Shown here: one piece after another, positions 8,286 to 20,476 of the stretch
Numbering within the stretch: position 1 is the first letter of the stretch
How the letters are laid out: every line of letters begins with the position of its first letter
Assembly (NCBI GenBank): GCA_021803105.1
Contig: JAJZMC010000007.1
Location: 27,794 to 91,793, forward strand
Reading direction: 5' to 3'
DNA: 64,000 nt
Origin: a bacterium
GTDB lineage: Bacteria; Patescibacteriota; Saccharimonadia; Saccharimonadales; UBA4665
Made by a program: the position numbers and the translations under genes
Notes under the pieces: model-generated
What the model saw: the letters and a program-made list of their open reading frames with translations, nothing else
The model's database searches: none
What the model was told of the DNA's origin: nothing

Positions 8286-11200
8286 TGAACCAAGAGTACC
8301 TGCAAGCATACAATAAATTAAACAGCCAACAACAAAAAGCTGTTAGAACTATTGACGGTCCGGTGATGGTAATAGCTGGACCAGGTACGGGTAAAACACA
8401 ACTTCTATCAACTAGAGTGGCTTACATATTACAGAACACAGATACAACAGAGGAAAATATACTTTGTCTAACCTATACTGAAAGTGCGGTTGAAACAATG
8501 AAAAATAGATTACTCAATTTAATTGGTAGCAGTGCTTACAAAATAAACATCCTAACATATCATAGTTTTGGTACCCAACTTATTCAAAATTATCCATTTT
8601 ATTTTAAAAAATATTTAGCCTTTGAACCAGCATCAGATGTTAGTCTTCTATCATTAATAAGTAATATTCAATCTTCATTACCATATACCTCAACTCTTAA
8701 AAATAAAAAACAAACAATCAAAATTAAAGACTTCTTACTGTCTATAAAGAACAGTTCAATAACACCTGCTGATTTAGAAAATATTATTATGAAAGATCAA
8801 TTATATATCAAAAAAATAAATAACTTACTTAAAGAAAATACTGAATCTTTAAGACGAATCACAAAAAAATCAGCTGAAATACTCGGTAACTTAACTATCG
8901 AAGATGAGTCAAACCTAAAATTAAAAACTATATATTTTACATGTCTATCTGAATATTTATTAAATGATCTTTTACAAGCCCTAAACGAATTTAACTCAAC
9001 TAACAAAACTAAACCTCTAACAAATTTTAAAAATAAATGGCTAACAAAAGATTCTAAAGACAACTATGTTATTAAGTGGCAAAATCATTATCAACAACTT
9101 TTAGAACTTACTACATTTTATAAAAAATACTTAGACATTATGAAAGAAAATAAACTTCTAGATTATTCTGATATGATACTTGAAGTAACGAAATCATTAG
9201 AAAAAAACCCAGATTTCCTTTTTAGTTTACAAGAAAAATATCAATATATTATGATAGATGAATTTCAAGATTCTAATGAAACTCAAAATTATTTAATACA
9301 TCTACTTGGTAATAATAAGGTCAACGAAAATCGTCCTAATATTATGATAGTTGGTGATGATGATCAAGCTATTTTTGCTTTTCAAGGTGCTAATTATTCC
9401 CATATGCGACAATTTTATAAGGAGTATAATGAAGTTGAAGTAATATCTCTAAAAAAAAATTATCGTTCAACAAAAAAAATTATTGATTTTTCTCAACAAA
9501 TAGTTAAACAGATACCTAATCGAATTATAGACATCCTGCCGAATATAACAAAAGAACTAACTTCTACTGAGGATAAATCAAAAAATTCCGAGATTGTTAG
9601 ACTAAATTTTATCTCAGAAATTGATCAACTAGATTGGATAGGAAAATATTGTCTAAACCAAAAAAATACAAATAAAAAATTAAACGATATTGCAATAATT
9701 GCCCCAAAACACCGCTATCTTGAAGCATTGATACCATATTTTAATAAATACGATATACCAATAAATTATGAACGACGAAATAATGTATTGTCTGATCCAC
9801 TTATTAATCAAATTATTACTATATGTAAATTAATTATTAATTTATCTATAACAGGTGATAAAACACAAACAAATGCACTTTGGAGCGAAGTACTATCATC
9901 TTCGTTTTGGGAATTATCAACTATAAATTTATGGGATATATCTCAAAAATCTTATAAAGAGTCTACAGACTGGAGCGATATAGTCTTAAATAATAAAGAG
10001 ACTATGTATATAGGTCAATTTATTATCAGTCTATCGCAACAACTTAATAATTTTTCAGCGGAAGAAATTATTGATTTTATTATAGGACAAAAAACGTATC
10101 CATTACTAAATTATCGTTCACCATTTTTTGATTTTTACTTTAAAGATATAGCTAGTTTTAGTATCTACCAAGAACTACTTTCAAACTTAATTACTTTAAG
10201 ACAAAACTTTATCGATTTTCAAAAATCAGCTTATGAAACAATGAAACTAACTAGTTTTATAGAGTTTATAGAATTAAACCTAAATCTAAATCAAACTATT
10301 ATTAATAATAATCTACATTATGAATCTGACAACGCGGTAAGCTTATTAACGGTTCATAAAGCAAAAGGACAAGAATTTAAAACAATAATCATATATAACA
10401 CTAATGAAGAAACATGGGGAATGACAACTAAAAATGCTACAAACTTAAACTTTACTATGCCGCCAGACCTTGTTTTTATTAATTATCAAAATGCCGAGAC
10501 AGACGAACAAATACGTTCTTTTTTTGTAACAGTATCAAGAGCAAAAAAAAATTTAATTATGTTAAATTATCAAAATAAAACAGACACTAAAACAACATCT
10601 CCTTTATCATTTTTAAATGAAACAATATCAAATAATATAATGATTAGCCCTTATATATCACAAACTGAAGAAATTAAACTAATTACTGATCGTGCTAATA
10701 TTATTAACCTATCAAACATTAAAGAAGGTTGGCAAGATCGTCATTTAAGATCATTAGATAAAAAGACTTTTAAAAATTATTTAAAAAAACAACTAGAAAC
10801 ATTTCAACTAAGTCCAACTAACTTTAATGACTTTTTAGATATTGTATCATCAGGACCTAATCAATTTTTCATGAATCATATTCTACGTTTTCCGATTAGT
10901 AGTTCACCACAAATTGCCTACGGTGATGCCATACATAGTACAATTCAGTGGATAAACAATACAATGAAAACGGATAAATCATTCAATAACATAAAAAAAA
11001 TTAATAACGAATTTGAGCACAATCTTAAAAAACAAAGAATTCTCAGTAAAGATTTCAATTTATTGTTGGATAGAGGAAAAAAATCTTTAGAAATTTTCTT
11101 TCAGCAAAAAAAAGATCTTTTTTTAACAACTAATGTAGCTGAATATTCACTCAAAAATGATGGAGTATTTTTAAATAATGCTCATTTAACTGGAAGAATT

Positions 11201-11611
11201 GATAATATAATTATTAATGAAAAAAACAAATCACTTAAAATAATTGACTACAAAACGGCTCATCCGTTTAACAAGTGGAAAAATAATAATCTATCATACA
11301 ATTACCAAAAACAATTATGCTTTTACAAACTACTGCTGAACCACTCTTCGCGATTTAAACATTATAGAGTTGATGAATGCTCATTAATTTTCATCGATCC
11401 AAATGAAGAAGGAAATATAACAGAATTAAAATTAATTAATGATCAAGAAATATTTGAAAAAATAACTAGATTAATTCCCATAGTCTGGGATCTTATTAAT
11501 AATTTAACATTCCCAGATATAAATAAATATCCTAAAAATATATATGGCATTAAAACTTTTGAAAACGAATTAATTATGAATTTAAAAAATAATGCCGCTC
11601 CTAATTTATAG
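8285..11611 (+). CDS. UvrD/PcrA/AddA-like SF1 helicase fused to a C-terminal RecB-type PD-(D/E)xK nuclease
   Basis: Walker A is AGPGTGKTQ and Walker B/motif II is MIDEFQDSN. Further helicase motifs are VGDDDQAIFAFQGA, NYRST and VHKAKGQEF. The C-terminus has GRIDNII...IIDYKT...QKQLCFYKLL (the D / D-x-K / Q-x-x-x-Y nuclease pattern). The start ATG overlaps the ndh stop (TAATG). Confidence 0.85.
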   Translation: MNQEYLQAYNKLNSQQQKAVRTIDGPVMVIAGPGTGKTQLLSTRVAYILQNTDTTEENILCLTYTESAVETMKNRLLNLIGSSAYKINILTYHSFGTQLIQNYPFYFKKYLAFEPASDVSLLSLISNIQSSLPYTSTLKNKKQTIKIKDFLLSIKNSSITPADLENIIMKDQLYIKKINNLLKENTESLRRITKKSAEILGNLTIEDESNLKLKTIYFTCLSEYLLNDLLQALNEFNSTNKTKPLTNFKNKWLTKDSKDNYVIKWQNHYQQLLELTTFYKKYLDIMKENKLLDYSDMILEVTKSLEKNPDFLFSLQEKYQYIMIDEFQDSNETQNYLIHLLGNNKVNENRPNIMIVGDDDQAIFAFQGANYSHMRQFYKEYNEVEVISLKKNYRSTKKIIDFSQQIVKQIPNRIIDILPNITKELTSTEDKSKNSEIVRLNFISEIDQLDWIGKYCLNQKNTNKKLNDIAIIAPKHRYLEALIPYFNKYDIPINYERRNNVLSDPLINQIITICKLIINLSITGDKTQTNALWSEVLSSSFWELSTINLWDISQKSYKESTDWSDIVLNNKETMYIGQFIISLSQQLNNFSAEEIIDFIIGQKTYPLLNYRSPFFDFYFKDIASFSIYQELLSNLITLRQNFIDFQKSAYETMKLTSFIEFIELNLNLNQTIINNNLHYESDNAVSLLTVHKAKGQEFKTIIIYNTNEETWGMTTKNATNLNFTMPPDLVFINYQNAETDEQIRSFFVTVSRAKKNLIMLNYQNKTDTKTTSPLSFLNETISNNIMISPYISQTEEIKLITDRANIINLSNIKEGWQDRHLRSLDKKTFKNYLKKQLETFQLSPTNFNDFLDIVSSGPNQFFMNHILRFPISSSPQIAYGDAIHSTIQWINNTMKTDKSFNNIKKINNEFEHNLKKQRILSKDFNLLLDRGKKSLEIFFQQKKDLFLTTNVAEYSLKNDGVFLNNAHLTGRIDNIIINEKNKSLKIIDYKTAHPFNKWKNNNLSYNYQKQLCFYKLLLNHSSRFKHYRVDECSLIFIDPNEEGNITELKLINDQEIFEKITRLIPIVWDLINNLTFPDINKYPKNIYGIKTFENELIMNLKNNAAPNL

Positions 11612-11648
11612 AGCGGTATTATATACTATATTTTAATTTAATATATAG

Positions 11649-12416
11649 TTACTTTTTAGAAGTACTGCGTCTAGAAGCTGGCTTCTTTTTAGTAGTAGCC
11701 TTACTGCTAACTACTTTTTTATTACCACCAGAAAAACTAGCTGCTACATTAGCAAAACTTGTTTTCATGCTCTTCTGTCCCTTATTATCTACAAATAACA
11801 GGCTATAAATATTAACACCAATTACTGCACCTAATACTGGCCCTAGAACATATGTACCCCAAACCCAAGTTCTTACACCAAGAGCTACAGCCGGGTTAAT
11901 AATTCCCATAGTACTAATTGAACTAGCAAATGATGAAGCAACTATAATACCAATCATGAAACCTATACCTGCAATACTGGCTCTAATAGCGTTAGATTGC
12001 TTTTGAAACATAGCTGCAGCCCACACAAATGCAAAAATACCGGCGCCTAAGGCTTCAGCTACAAGAACTCGTTGATTATAATTTCCACCAACCGCTGGTA
12101 ATTTAGTATTTATTAAGTATGTAAATAAATAATATGCTACCCATCCTCCAAGTAACTGAGCTGCAATATAGAAAGCAGTTCGAGCGGTTGATGCTTTTCT
12201 AGCTGTCCATAGAGCTAATGTTAATGCTGGGTTAAAATTTGCACCCGACACATCAATTAAAGCAACCATCATTATAATAATGACCAGTCCTGCTACTGCC
12301 GCAATAAAAAAAGGCAGTGCTACACTTGAATATCGCACACTTAGTATTAACACAGTTAAGACTGCAGTCCCGAGAAACTCGGCTACTACCGCAGCTACAT
12401 TTTTTTTCCCAAACAT
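11649..12416 (-). CDS. MIP-family channel (aquaporin/glycerol facilitator) with a Lys/Ser-rich C-terminal tail
   Basis: Two NPA boxes are present (SGANFNPALTLA and GIINPAVALG) in a six-helix hydrophobic profile. The tail reads GGNKKVVSSKATTKKKPASRRSTSKK. Confidence 0.9.
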   Translation of the reverse strand: MFGKKNVAAVVAEFLGTAVLTVLILSVRYSSVALPFFIAAVAGLVIIIMMVALIDVSGANFNPALTLALWTARKASTARTAFYIAAQLLGGWVAYYLFTYLINTKLPAVGGNYNQRVLVAEALGAGIFAFVWAAAMFQKQSNAIRASIAGIGFMIGIIVASSFASSISTMGIINPAVALGVRTWVWGTYVLGPVLGAVIGVNIYSLLFVDNKGQKSMKTSFANVAASFSGGNKKVVSSKATTKKKPASRRSTSKK

Positions 12417-12483
12417 TTGGAACCTCCACTTAGTTTTATGATTATAAGATTACATCTAAGTTGACGATTTGTAAAGTGTTTGT

Positions 12484-13098
12484 TTAAAAATTCAAAAAAC
12501 GTTTAATAGCAAAACGGCCTAATGATGTCTTTAAGGCCTCAATTTGATCTTTATGTTCAGCCACAGATAAAATTGTAATAACACTTAAAAAATCATGTAC
12601 TCCTCGTCTAACTCTAGTTTCACTATCTGGTTTTAACATTACATGAGGTAAATCCGATGAACACTTCTTAATGTAAGCTGATACAGCCTCTTCTAACATT
12701 GGATAATTTTTTTTATCATAGCGAGTTAAACTTCTAATTGATTTGTTCTTGCTCTTTTTTAAATAATCATCAACTAAATTCTTTGTTTCTAAATTAAAAC
12801 TGCTGATTAATGGAACTTCTTCCTTATTTTGATTAAATATTAATATACTACTAAAGAGAACCCCTAAATCATACGCTGTTAAAGTTGCTTTAATACCCTC
12901 GGTATCAACCCGATTATCAAACAAATATTTTGTTGGATGTTCTTTAGGTAAATTATTATACGTTCTATAAGAAGTTTCCAAAAAATCAACAGACAAGACA
13001 CTAATCTGTTCCAAAACCTCATATAGTCCTGCTTCGTTAATATCAAAAAAAGGAGTTTGGGCTGTCTCTTTAACTAATTTTATACATAATTCTGACAT
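12484..13098 (-). CDS. hypothetical protein
   Basis: A 204-aa ORF with normal-looking composition and no overlapping competitor. No motif recognised. Confidence 0.5.
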   Translation of the reverse strand: MSELCIKLVKETAQTPFFDINEAGLYEVLEQISVLSVDFLETSYRTYNNLPKEHPTKYLFDNRVDTEGIKATLTAYDLGVLFSSILIFNQNKEEVPLISSFNLETKNLVDDYLKKSKNKSIRSLTRYDKKNYPMLEEAVSAYIKKCSSDLPHVMLKPDSETRVRRGVHDFLSVITILSVAEHKDQIEALKTSLGRFAIKRFLNF

Positions 13099-13202
13099 AT
13101 TATATAATAATTATACTAATTTATCGTGTTATTAGATAGCTTAAGCTATTATATAAGTGAGTTTAATCACTAAAAAGATAACAAATTACTGATTACGTGT
13201 GA

Positions 13203-13541
13203 TTGTTTATACCCGAATTGACTGTTTTAATTAAAGATTATGAACCTTATTTCAAAGACGTTAATTCTAACAGCTTAATTTACTGTAGTGATAAACGATT
13301 AGCTATTATTCTAACCAGAGGATTATATTCACATATTAGGAGGTGCTCCAAATATCCCTATAGTGCAGAAACTTATAATCTACTCTTTAACTATAGAAGA
13401 AATACTACATTTTTAGATTTAACTAAAGAATACATTCCTCTATTAATTAAATTCGGTTTTAATCCAGGTATTCACAGCGATAATCACAATGACCCTATCA
13501 GTGTGGTTTTGCTATTAATAATCCAGCAATCACTACAATAG
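13203..13541 (+). CDS. hypothetical protein (weak call, non-ATG start)
   Basis: A 112-aa ORF starting at TTG in an otherwise empty interval. No motif recognised. Confidence 0.3.
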   Translation: MFIPELTVLIKDYEPYFKDVNSNSLIYCSDKRLAIILTRGLYSHIRRCSKYPYSAETYNLLFNYRRNTTFLDLTKEYIPLLIKFGFNPGIHSDNHNDPISVVLLLIIQQSLQ

Positions 13542-13773
13542 GTTGCAACTATTTACAGAAAAAATAGGATATATAAAAATTAATTTATCAAAAACATGAT
13601 GAAATATATTAATCACTGGTAATCATCAGTCACAAGTAGTAATAATTAATTTAATTTTTAATACTTCCATCGATTCATCAACCGCTAATAAAGTAAGGAA
13701 CAAATAACCTAAATTTTCTAAATCTAAAATTAACCATAAAATAATATTTAAAACTACATAACATATAAAAAAA

Positions 13774-14196
13774 TTAATGGTGTCGACGTCGTAAATTTGC
13801 GACCTGTAAACGAACAGCATGTCGATCAATAAGTTTTTGAGCATTTTCTAAACTTATTTCATCTTCTGCTTCTTCTTTTAATTTTAGAGCTTTTTCATAG
13901 GCAGCTTGAGCTTCCGCCTCATTAATTGAATCAGCATGATCAGCTTCATCTACTAATACATTTAATTGATTATTACTAACTTCTATAACACCACCATTAG
14001 TAGCAAATAATTCCATTTTTTGATCACTATCACGCGGATTAACTCTAATTTTAATCACTCCATTACTAACGACGCTTACTAAAGGCATATGATCTTTTAG
14101 GACCCCTATTTGACCATCTAAAGTTGGTAGTATGATTTCATATGCATCATTATCAAATTTCACACCAGATTGACTTACAAGACGAAAATGTATCAC
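13774..14196 (-). CDS. atpC: F1 ATP synthase epsilon subunit
   Basis: It is 140 aa and the last gene of the atp operon. It shows the typical N-terminal beta-sandwich sequence (ILPTLDGQIGVLKDHMPLVS) and a C-terminal helical hairpin. Confidence 0.9.
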   Translation of the reverse strand: MIHFRLVSQSGVKFDNDAYEIILPTLDGQIGVLKDHMPLVSVVSNGVIKIRVNPRDSDQKMELFATNGGVIEVSNNQLNVLVDEADHADSINEAEAQAAYEKALKLKEEAEDEISLENAQKLIDRHAVRLQVANLRRRHH

Positions 14197-14202
14197 CTGA
14201 TT

Positions 14203-15609
<1,407 letters not shown>

Positions 15610-15618
15610 TTAACATTA

Positions 15619-16491
15619 TTATCCATTTAAAGCCTCAGCGCCACCGGTTATTTCTGCCAATTCCTGAGTAATACTTGCTTGCCTAGCAGTATTTAATTCC
15701 AAAGTATAATCATCAATTAAATCTTTGGCATTATCAGTTGCATTTTTCATAGCAATCATTCGCATTGAATGTTCTGAAGCTAAACTTTCAAGTAACGCTT
15801 GCCACAATTGAGCTTCGATTAATCTAGTGGTTATTTCATCAATAACTGTCTGAACATCCGGTTCAAAATTTGAATAAGTTGCTTGAGTTGGAGACATATT
15901 AGTTTCAATCATTTTAGCTGGTAATAACACAACTTGATCAACTTCTTGAGAAATATTAGATTTAAATTTTGTATAAATTAAAATCACTTCATCAACCTTG
16001 TGATCTTTAAAATTATCAATAATAGAATTTAGGATTGGTCGAATATCATTAGCCGTTGGATGATCAGAGAAATTATTATAAACAGCTAATAAATTAACTC
16101 CACCAAGTGATCGGCTAAGATGAGCTACCTTATTACCAATTGCAATAACGGATGATTTTTTATTATCTTTTTTATCTTGACTAACAGATTTTAAAAAAAC
16201 CCTTAAGACATTAGAGTTATAAGCTCCAGCCAAACCACTATTAGAAGTAATAACAACATATAGACGATTAGTTATTGTTCTGACCTTAAATAATTCATAA
16301 TTATCAAGCTCATTCATACCAGATAATTTAATCATCAATCTAGTTGCCAATTCACCATAGGCCCTAGAACGACTAGCATATTCTTGGGCTCTTCTCATTT
16401 TACTAGCCGCAACAAGCTGTAGAGCTTTAGTGATCTGTCTAGTACTCTTAATAGAAGTAATCTTTCTTTTTAGAACAACTGTACTAGGCAT
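15619..16491 (-). CDS. atpG: F1 ATP synthase gamma subunit
   Basis: The N-terminus ([23 protein letters not shown]) and C-terminus ([20 protein letters not shown]) match the gamma subunit signature. Confidence 0.95.
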   Translation of the reverse strand: MPSTVVLKRKITSIKSTRQITKALQLVAASKMRRAQEYASRSRAYGELATRLMIKLSGMNELDNYELFKVRTITNRLYVVITSNSGLAGAYNSNVLRVFLKSVSQDKKDNKKSSVIAIGNKVAHLSRSLGGVNLLAVYNNFSDHPTANDIRPILNSIIDNFKDHKVDEVILIYTKFKSNISQEVDQVVLLPAKMIETNMSPTQATYSNFEPDVQTVIDEITTRLIEAQLWQALLESLASEHSMRMIAMKNATDNAKDLIDDYTLELNTARQASITQELAEITGGAEALNG

Positions 16492-18040
16492 TCTCTTTAG
16501 ATCCTTCTACTCTTGTCTGATAAGTCTTAGCGATGTCTTTAGCGATTATTAATACTGCTTCATTGTCTTTATCATCAGGTTTATCTCCGGTGTTTAAGCG
16601 ATTTATCAAATTAGCATTTTTACTTTCTAAAATTCTTAAGAATGTTTCTTCTGCAAGCTTAATTTTTTCAACTGGAATTTGATCAAATACACCAGAAGTT
16701 GCTGCCAGCAACACACTATACATTTGCCAAATAGAGTACGGTGAATATTGAGTTTGTTTTAGTAATTCTGTCAATCTTTGACCGCGTTCAATTATTTGTC
16801 GGGTATCAGCATCTAAATCCGTTGAAAACTGACTAAACGCGGCTAATTCACGAAATTGAGCTAAAGCCAATTTAAGACCTCCACCAACAGCTTTAATCGC
16901 TTTAGTTTGGGCATTACCACCAACTCGCGATACAGAAAGACCTACTGAAATAGCTGGTCTAATACCTTGATAAAATAAATTAGTCTCTAGGAAAATCTGA
17001 CCATCGGTAATTGATATAACATTTGTTGGTATATAAGCACTAATATCACCAGCTTGAGTTTCAATAATCGGCAGAGCAGTTAATGAACCACCGCCTAACT
17101 CATCATTCAATTTAGCAGCTCTTTCTAGTAAACGTGAATGTAAATAAAAAACATCACCTGGATAAGCTTCTCGTCCTGGTGGTCTTCTAAGCAATAAAGA
17201 CATCTGACGATAAGCTGCCGCATGTTTTGTTAAATCATCAAACACGATTAAAGCATGTTGTGAATTATCACGAAAATATTCACCAATTGTTGCACCAGTG
17301 TAGGGAGCAAGATACAACATTGCAGCCGGGTCAGCAGGACTTGTTGCGACAATGATAGTATTATCCATAACACCTTCTCGCCTTAATCTCTCTTCTAGTG
17401 CAGCGACTTTGGATAATTTTTGTCCTATAGCAACATAAATATTAATAACACCAGTTTTTTGTCTAGTTTGATTAACCATCGTATCAACTGCAATAGCAGT
17501 TTTACCAGTTTGTCGATCACCAATAATTAATTCTCGTTGACCACGACCAATTGGCACTATTGTATCAATAGCGATTAGCCCAGTCATCAAGGGTTCGAAA
17601 ACACTCTTACGATCTAAAACCGCAGGAGCGGTTCTTTCGACCCGTGAGGTTAACGTTGACTTTATTGGACCTTGACCATCCAATGGACGACCTAACGGAT
17701 CAACCACTCGACCGATTAATTCCGGTCCAACTGGAACTTCTAGTACCTTACCAGACAATCTTACTTCAGCACCGGCCTTAACTGGTGTATCATCAGATAA
17801 TAAGACGGCACCAATTTCATCAATAGCCAAATTAAAAGCAAAAGCCGTAATAGTGGTACCATCACTGCCTTTAATTTCTAACATTTCATTATAACCACAA
17901 TGAGACAAACCATAAATCCAAGCTATACCATCACCAACTCTGGTCACAATACCAACGTTTTCGATCTCTGGTCTGCTTTTTAAGGCTTCAATTGCCAAAC
18001 GAATATCTTCCGATAATTCTTGAATAGATGTATTAGCCAC
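16484..18040 (-). CDS. atpA: F1 ATP synthase alpha subunit
   Basis: Walker A is GDRQTGKTA. Conserved alpha segments include [21 protein letters not shown] and ITDGQIFLE. Confidence 0.98.
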   Translation of the reverse strand: MANTSIQELSEDIRLAIEALKSRPEIENVGIVTRVGDGIAWIYGLSHCGYNEMLEIKGSDGTTITAFAFNLAIDEIGAVLLSDDTPVKAGAEVRLSGKVLEVPVGPELIGRVVDPLGRPLDGQGPIKSTLTSRVERTAPAVLDRKSVFEPLMTGLIAIDTIVPIGRGQRELIIGDRQTGKTAIAVDTMVNQTRQKTGVINIYVAIGQKLSKVAALEERLRREGVMDNTIIVATSPADPAAMLYLAPYTGATIGEYFRDNSQHALIVFDDLTKHAAAYRQMSLLLRRPPGREAYPGDVFYLHSRLLERAAKLNDELGGGSLTALPIIETQAGDISAYIPTNVISITDGQIFLETNLFYQGIRPAISVGLSVSRVGGNAQTKAIKAVGGGLKLALAQFRELAAFSQFSTDLDADTRQIIERGQRLTELLKQTQYSPYSIWQMYSVLLAATSGVFDQIPVEKIKLAEETFLRILESKNANLINRLNTGDKPDDKDNEAVLIIAKDIAKTYQTRVEGSKENA

Positions 18041-18045
18041 GAATA

Positions 18046-18450
18046 TTATAACCTTTCTTTATTAGTTAAACGTATCAACCGGTCTAGTTTAGCCTTAACA
18101 GTCAAATCTAAACTTTGAGCAGGAAATTCCAACTTAACGCCACCGATAATATTTGTATCTATAATCGGCTCAATCACAATCGATTTAATCTTATCAAAAT
18201 ATTGATTAATTAATTCTCTAATATTTGACAAATTATCCGATGATAACTGATAAGCACTAATAACTTTTACATCAAGTATACCAACTTTGTAACGATACAT
18301 ACTAATATCTCTTAAGATTGAATCTAGTTGGGCAGTTAATTTATTATCTAACAAATATGCTGCAACTTCTTGTGATAACTGTGCAATTGATACATTAGGA
18401 ACGAGTGTTTTTTTTGCTATAATTTCAGCTAATTGTAATCTACCTATCAT
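18046..18450 (-). CDS. atpH: F1 ATP synthase delta (OSCP) subunit, unusually short at 134 aa
   Basis: It lies between atpF and atpA. The C-terminal part (IIGGVKLEF...[12 protein letters not shown]) resembles delta subunits. The ORF cannot extend upstream because the atpF stop abuts it. Confidence 0.75.
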   Translation of the reverse strand: MIGRLQLAEIIAKKTLVPNVSIAQLSQEVAAYLLDNKLTAQLDSILRDISMYRYKVGILDVKVISAYQLSSDNLSNIRELINQYFDKIKSIVIEPIIDTNIIGGVKLEFPAQSLDLTVKAKLDRLIRLTNKERL

Positions 18451-18984
18451 CTATATAGCCTGCTGTTCTTTCAAAGATTCAGAAATTAACTTGTTATCTG
18501 TTTCTGAATCTAATTTTTTCTTTATAACAACTTCAGAAGTCTTAGTAATTAATTCAAAGATTTCCGACTCTACTTTTTGTTTCATTTGAGTAGCTTCTAA
18601 ATTAATTTTAGATTTTGCTTCATTTATTAATACATCAGATCTTTTACTAGCTGCTAATTCTGCTTCTCTGATAACTGATTGAGCTGAGGACCGTGCGTCC
18701 GCAATAATCTGATCAGCCTCAAGTCTAGCTTTATGTAATGACTCATCAATTCTTTTTTCAAGTTCATGTTCTTTTTTTTGCATCGTTTCACCCAATTTAA
18801 CTCCTTGTTCTATCTTTTCACGGCGTTCTTGTAGAACTTTTAATATAGGTTTAAAAGCATATCTACGTAAAACAATATAAGCTAAAATAAATGTAATTAA
18901 CTGAATTAAGAAAGCTGAGCCATTGATACCTAAAGCACCAATACCCGAAGCACTACTAGCAAATAAAAAGAAATCATTTATCAT
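18451..18984 (-). CDS. atpF: Fo ATP synthase subunit b
   Basis: One N-terminal TM helix is followed by a long charged coiled-coil (KPILKVLQERREKIEQG...). It occupies the expected operon position. Confidence 0.9.
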   Translation of the reverse strand: MINDFFLFASSASGIGALGINGSAFLIQLITFILAYIVLRRYAFKPILKVLQERREKIEQGVKLGETMQKKEHELEKRIDESLHKARLEADQIIADARSSAQSVIREAELAASKRSDVLINEAKSKINLEATQMKQKVESEIFELITKTSEVVIKKKLDSETDNKLISESLKEQQAI

Positions 18985-18995
18985 TAATTTATACC

Positions 18996-19223
18996 TTACT
19001 TAACAATAAATATTGAAGCAAACGCTAGTAAACCAAACAACTCAACAATAGCAACAAATATTAAGGCTTGTCCTAAAAATTTAGCTGCCTCAGGGTTCCT
19101 ACCAACTGCTTGAAGATAGTTGCCTCCAATTAAACCTATACCAATACCTGGACCAATAAAACCTCCACCAATCATCAAACCTTTAGCAATAATTGCAGTA
19201 TCAATAGTTGATGCAATAATCAT
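18996..19223 (-). CDS. atpE: Fo ATP synthase subunit c
   Basis: A 75-aa two-helix hairpin with a Gly-rich helix 1 (GGGFIGPGIGIGLIGG), an RNPE loop and the carboxylate in VAIVELFGLLAF. Confidence 0.95.
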   Translation of the reverse strand: MIIASTIDTAIIAKGLMIGGGFIGPGIGIGLIGGNYLQAVGRNPEAAKFLGQALIFVAIVELFGLLAFASIFIVK

Positions 19224-19282
19224 AATATTTTTTCTCCTTTATTTAATTCTTATTCTAACTTATTGTTTCAAAAATCATCTGA

Positions 19283-20080
19283 TCATTCAAGTGCCTCGAT
19301 TTCTTTTTCATCAGCATGATTAACAACAATAGCCAAATACATAACAGCAAGTATCGTAAAAATATAAGCCTGCAATGCTGTCATAAACAATTCTATTAAA
19401 GTAAACGGAAGAGCGGTAAGTGGAGCTAAAACATGACCGAGATATGAAAAAACGGCTATAACAATTTCACCAATAGCGATATTTAAAAAAAGTCGAAGAG
19501 ACAAGCTAAGAACTCTAGTAAAATCAGTTAGCATTTCAAGTAAACCAATTATTAAATAAAGTGGATTTAAAGGATTACCGACAAAAAAATGGCCTAAATA
19601 CTTTCTAATACCCCCCGACTCTCGAATAGAAGATAAATAAACATATATCATCGTAAAAGCAGCCATAGCAAATGTGGCATCTAGATCAGCTGTGAATGGA
19701 CGAAATAATGGTACACCTAAAGACTGAAATCCTTCACCAACTATCGGCAATAACCCTAGCCAATTGTTAAGCAGAATAAAAACAAATAAAGTAACAAAGT
19801 AGGGAATATATTTTTTAGCCTTTTGTTTATCATCAAAACTATTTTCAACTAAATTAATAACAAACTCACTGACGGCCTCAACGTATTGGATAATACCGCC
19901 TTTTGGGTTAATAGTTACTTTTCTAGCCACAGAGATTAACAAAACACAAATAATAACGATTGATACCCAACCATAAAGCATTGAATTTGTAATGGCTACA
20001 CCTCTAATATAAAAAATAACACCAGGAGCAATATGTACAACTGGACCACTTACTGAAAATATTTTAAAAAAATTTAACAT
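19283..20080 (-). CDS. atpB: Fo ATP synthase subunit a
   Basis: A polytopic protein with the essential-Arg helix LSLSLRLFLNIAIGE. It occupies the expected operon position. Confidence 0.93.
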   Translation of the reverse strand: MLNFFKIFSVSGPVVHIAPGVIFYIRGVAITNSMLYGWVSIVIICVLLISVARKVTINPKGGIIQYVEAVSEFVINLVENSFDDKQKAKKYIPYFVTLFVFILLNNWLGLLPIVGEGFQSLGVPLFRPFTADLDATFAMAAFTMIYVYLSSIRESGGIRKYLGHFFVGNPLNPLYLIIGLLEMLTDFTRVLSLSLRLFLNIAIGEIVIAVFSYLGHVLAPLTALPFTLIELFMTALQAYIFTILAVMYLAIVVNHADEKEIEALE

Positions 20081-20088
20081 TGATAAAA

Positions 20089-20409
20089 TTATTCATTTTT
20101 AATTTTTAAATTATTTTTACCTGCAACTTGATTAATATTCATCACAGCTTTCCAAACAACTATAATACCCATTAATATACCAACTAAAAGTCCAATTAAA
20201 GTCCATAAAGGACTAGTTTTAAAATGTTCATCAATAAAAACTCCTACGAATAAAGGCACTAGAACCGTAACAGCCAGTTGCCAACTCATAGAAATCGCAG
20301 ACGACATAAATAAACTTGAACTTAAATTACTTACATCTGTATTCTTTGAGATCTTTTTATTCTTCACACTTTGGCTAATTCTAACAAAAAAATCAATTAA
20401 AATCAACAA
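20089..20409 (-). CDS. AtpZ/AtpI-family small membrane protein (first gene of the atp operon)
   Basis: Two TM helices with the pattern LFVGVFIDEHFKTSPLWTLIGLLVGILMG, typical of AtpZ/AtpI proteins. It sits directly upstream of atpB. The true start may be an internal Met. Confidence 0.65.
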   Translation of the reverse strand: MLILIDFFVRISQSVKNKKISKNTDVSNLSSSLFMSSAISMSWQLAVTVLVPLFVGVFIDEHFKTSPLWTLIGLLVGILMGIIVVWKAVMNINQVAGKNNLKIKNE

Positions 20410-20476
20410 GCTATCTTTAAGATATGTCTTTGGTAATATAATTGATTTTACATCCTTGAATTGCTATGATGACAGT

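Noticed and set aside
8797-9063. Short ORFs nested antisense in well-supported genes. These are 8797-9063, 19120-19323, 21034-21255, 21550-21735, 23921-24145, 29225-29422, 30895-31131, 31046-31231, 37199-37516, 42793-42978, 44003-44212, 44479-44670 and 55215-55481. ORF 39875-40111 is also nested, but in an alternative frame on the same strand.
   Set aside because: Each lies within, or substantially overlaps, a longer ORF with recognisable motifs or operon context. The overlap is on the opposite strand, or in another frame in the case of 39875-40111, which sits inside the transposase gene. None has an RBS or a motif that I could see.
13626-13844. 72-aa minus-strand ORF overlapping the 3' end of atpC
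   Set aside because: It overlaps atpC by 71 nt in another frame and continues into AT-rich spacer. Its composition looks non-coding.
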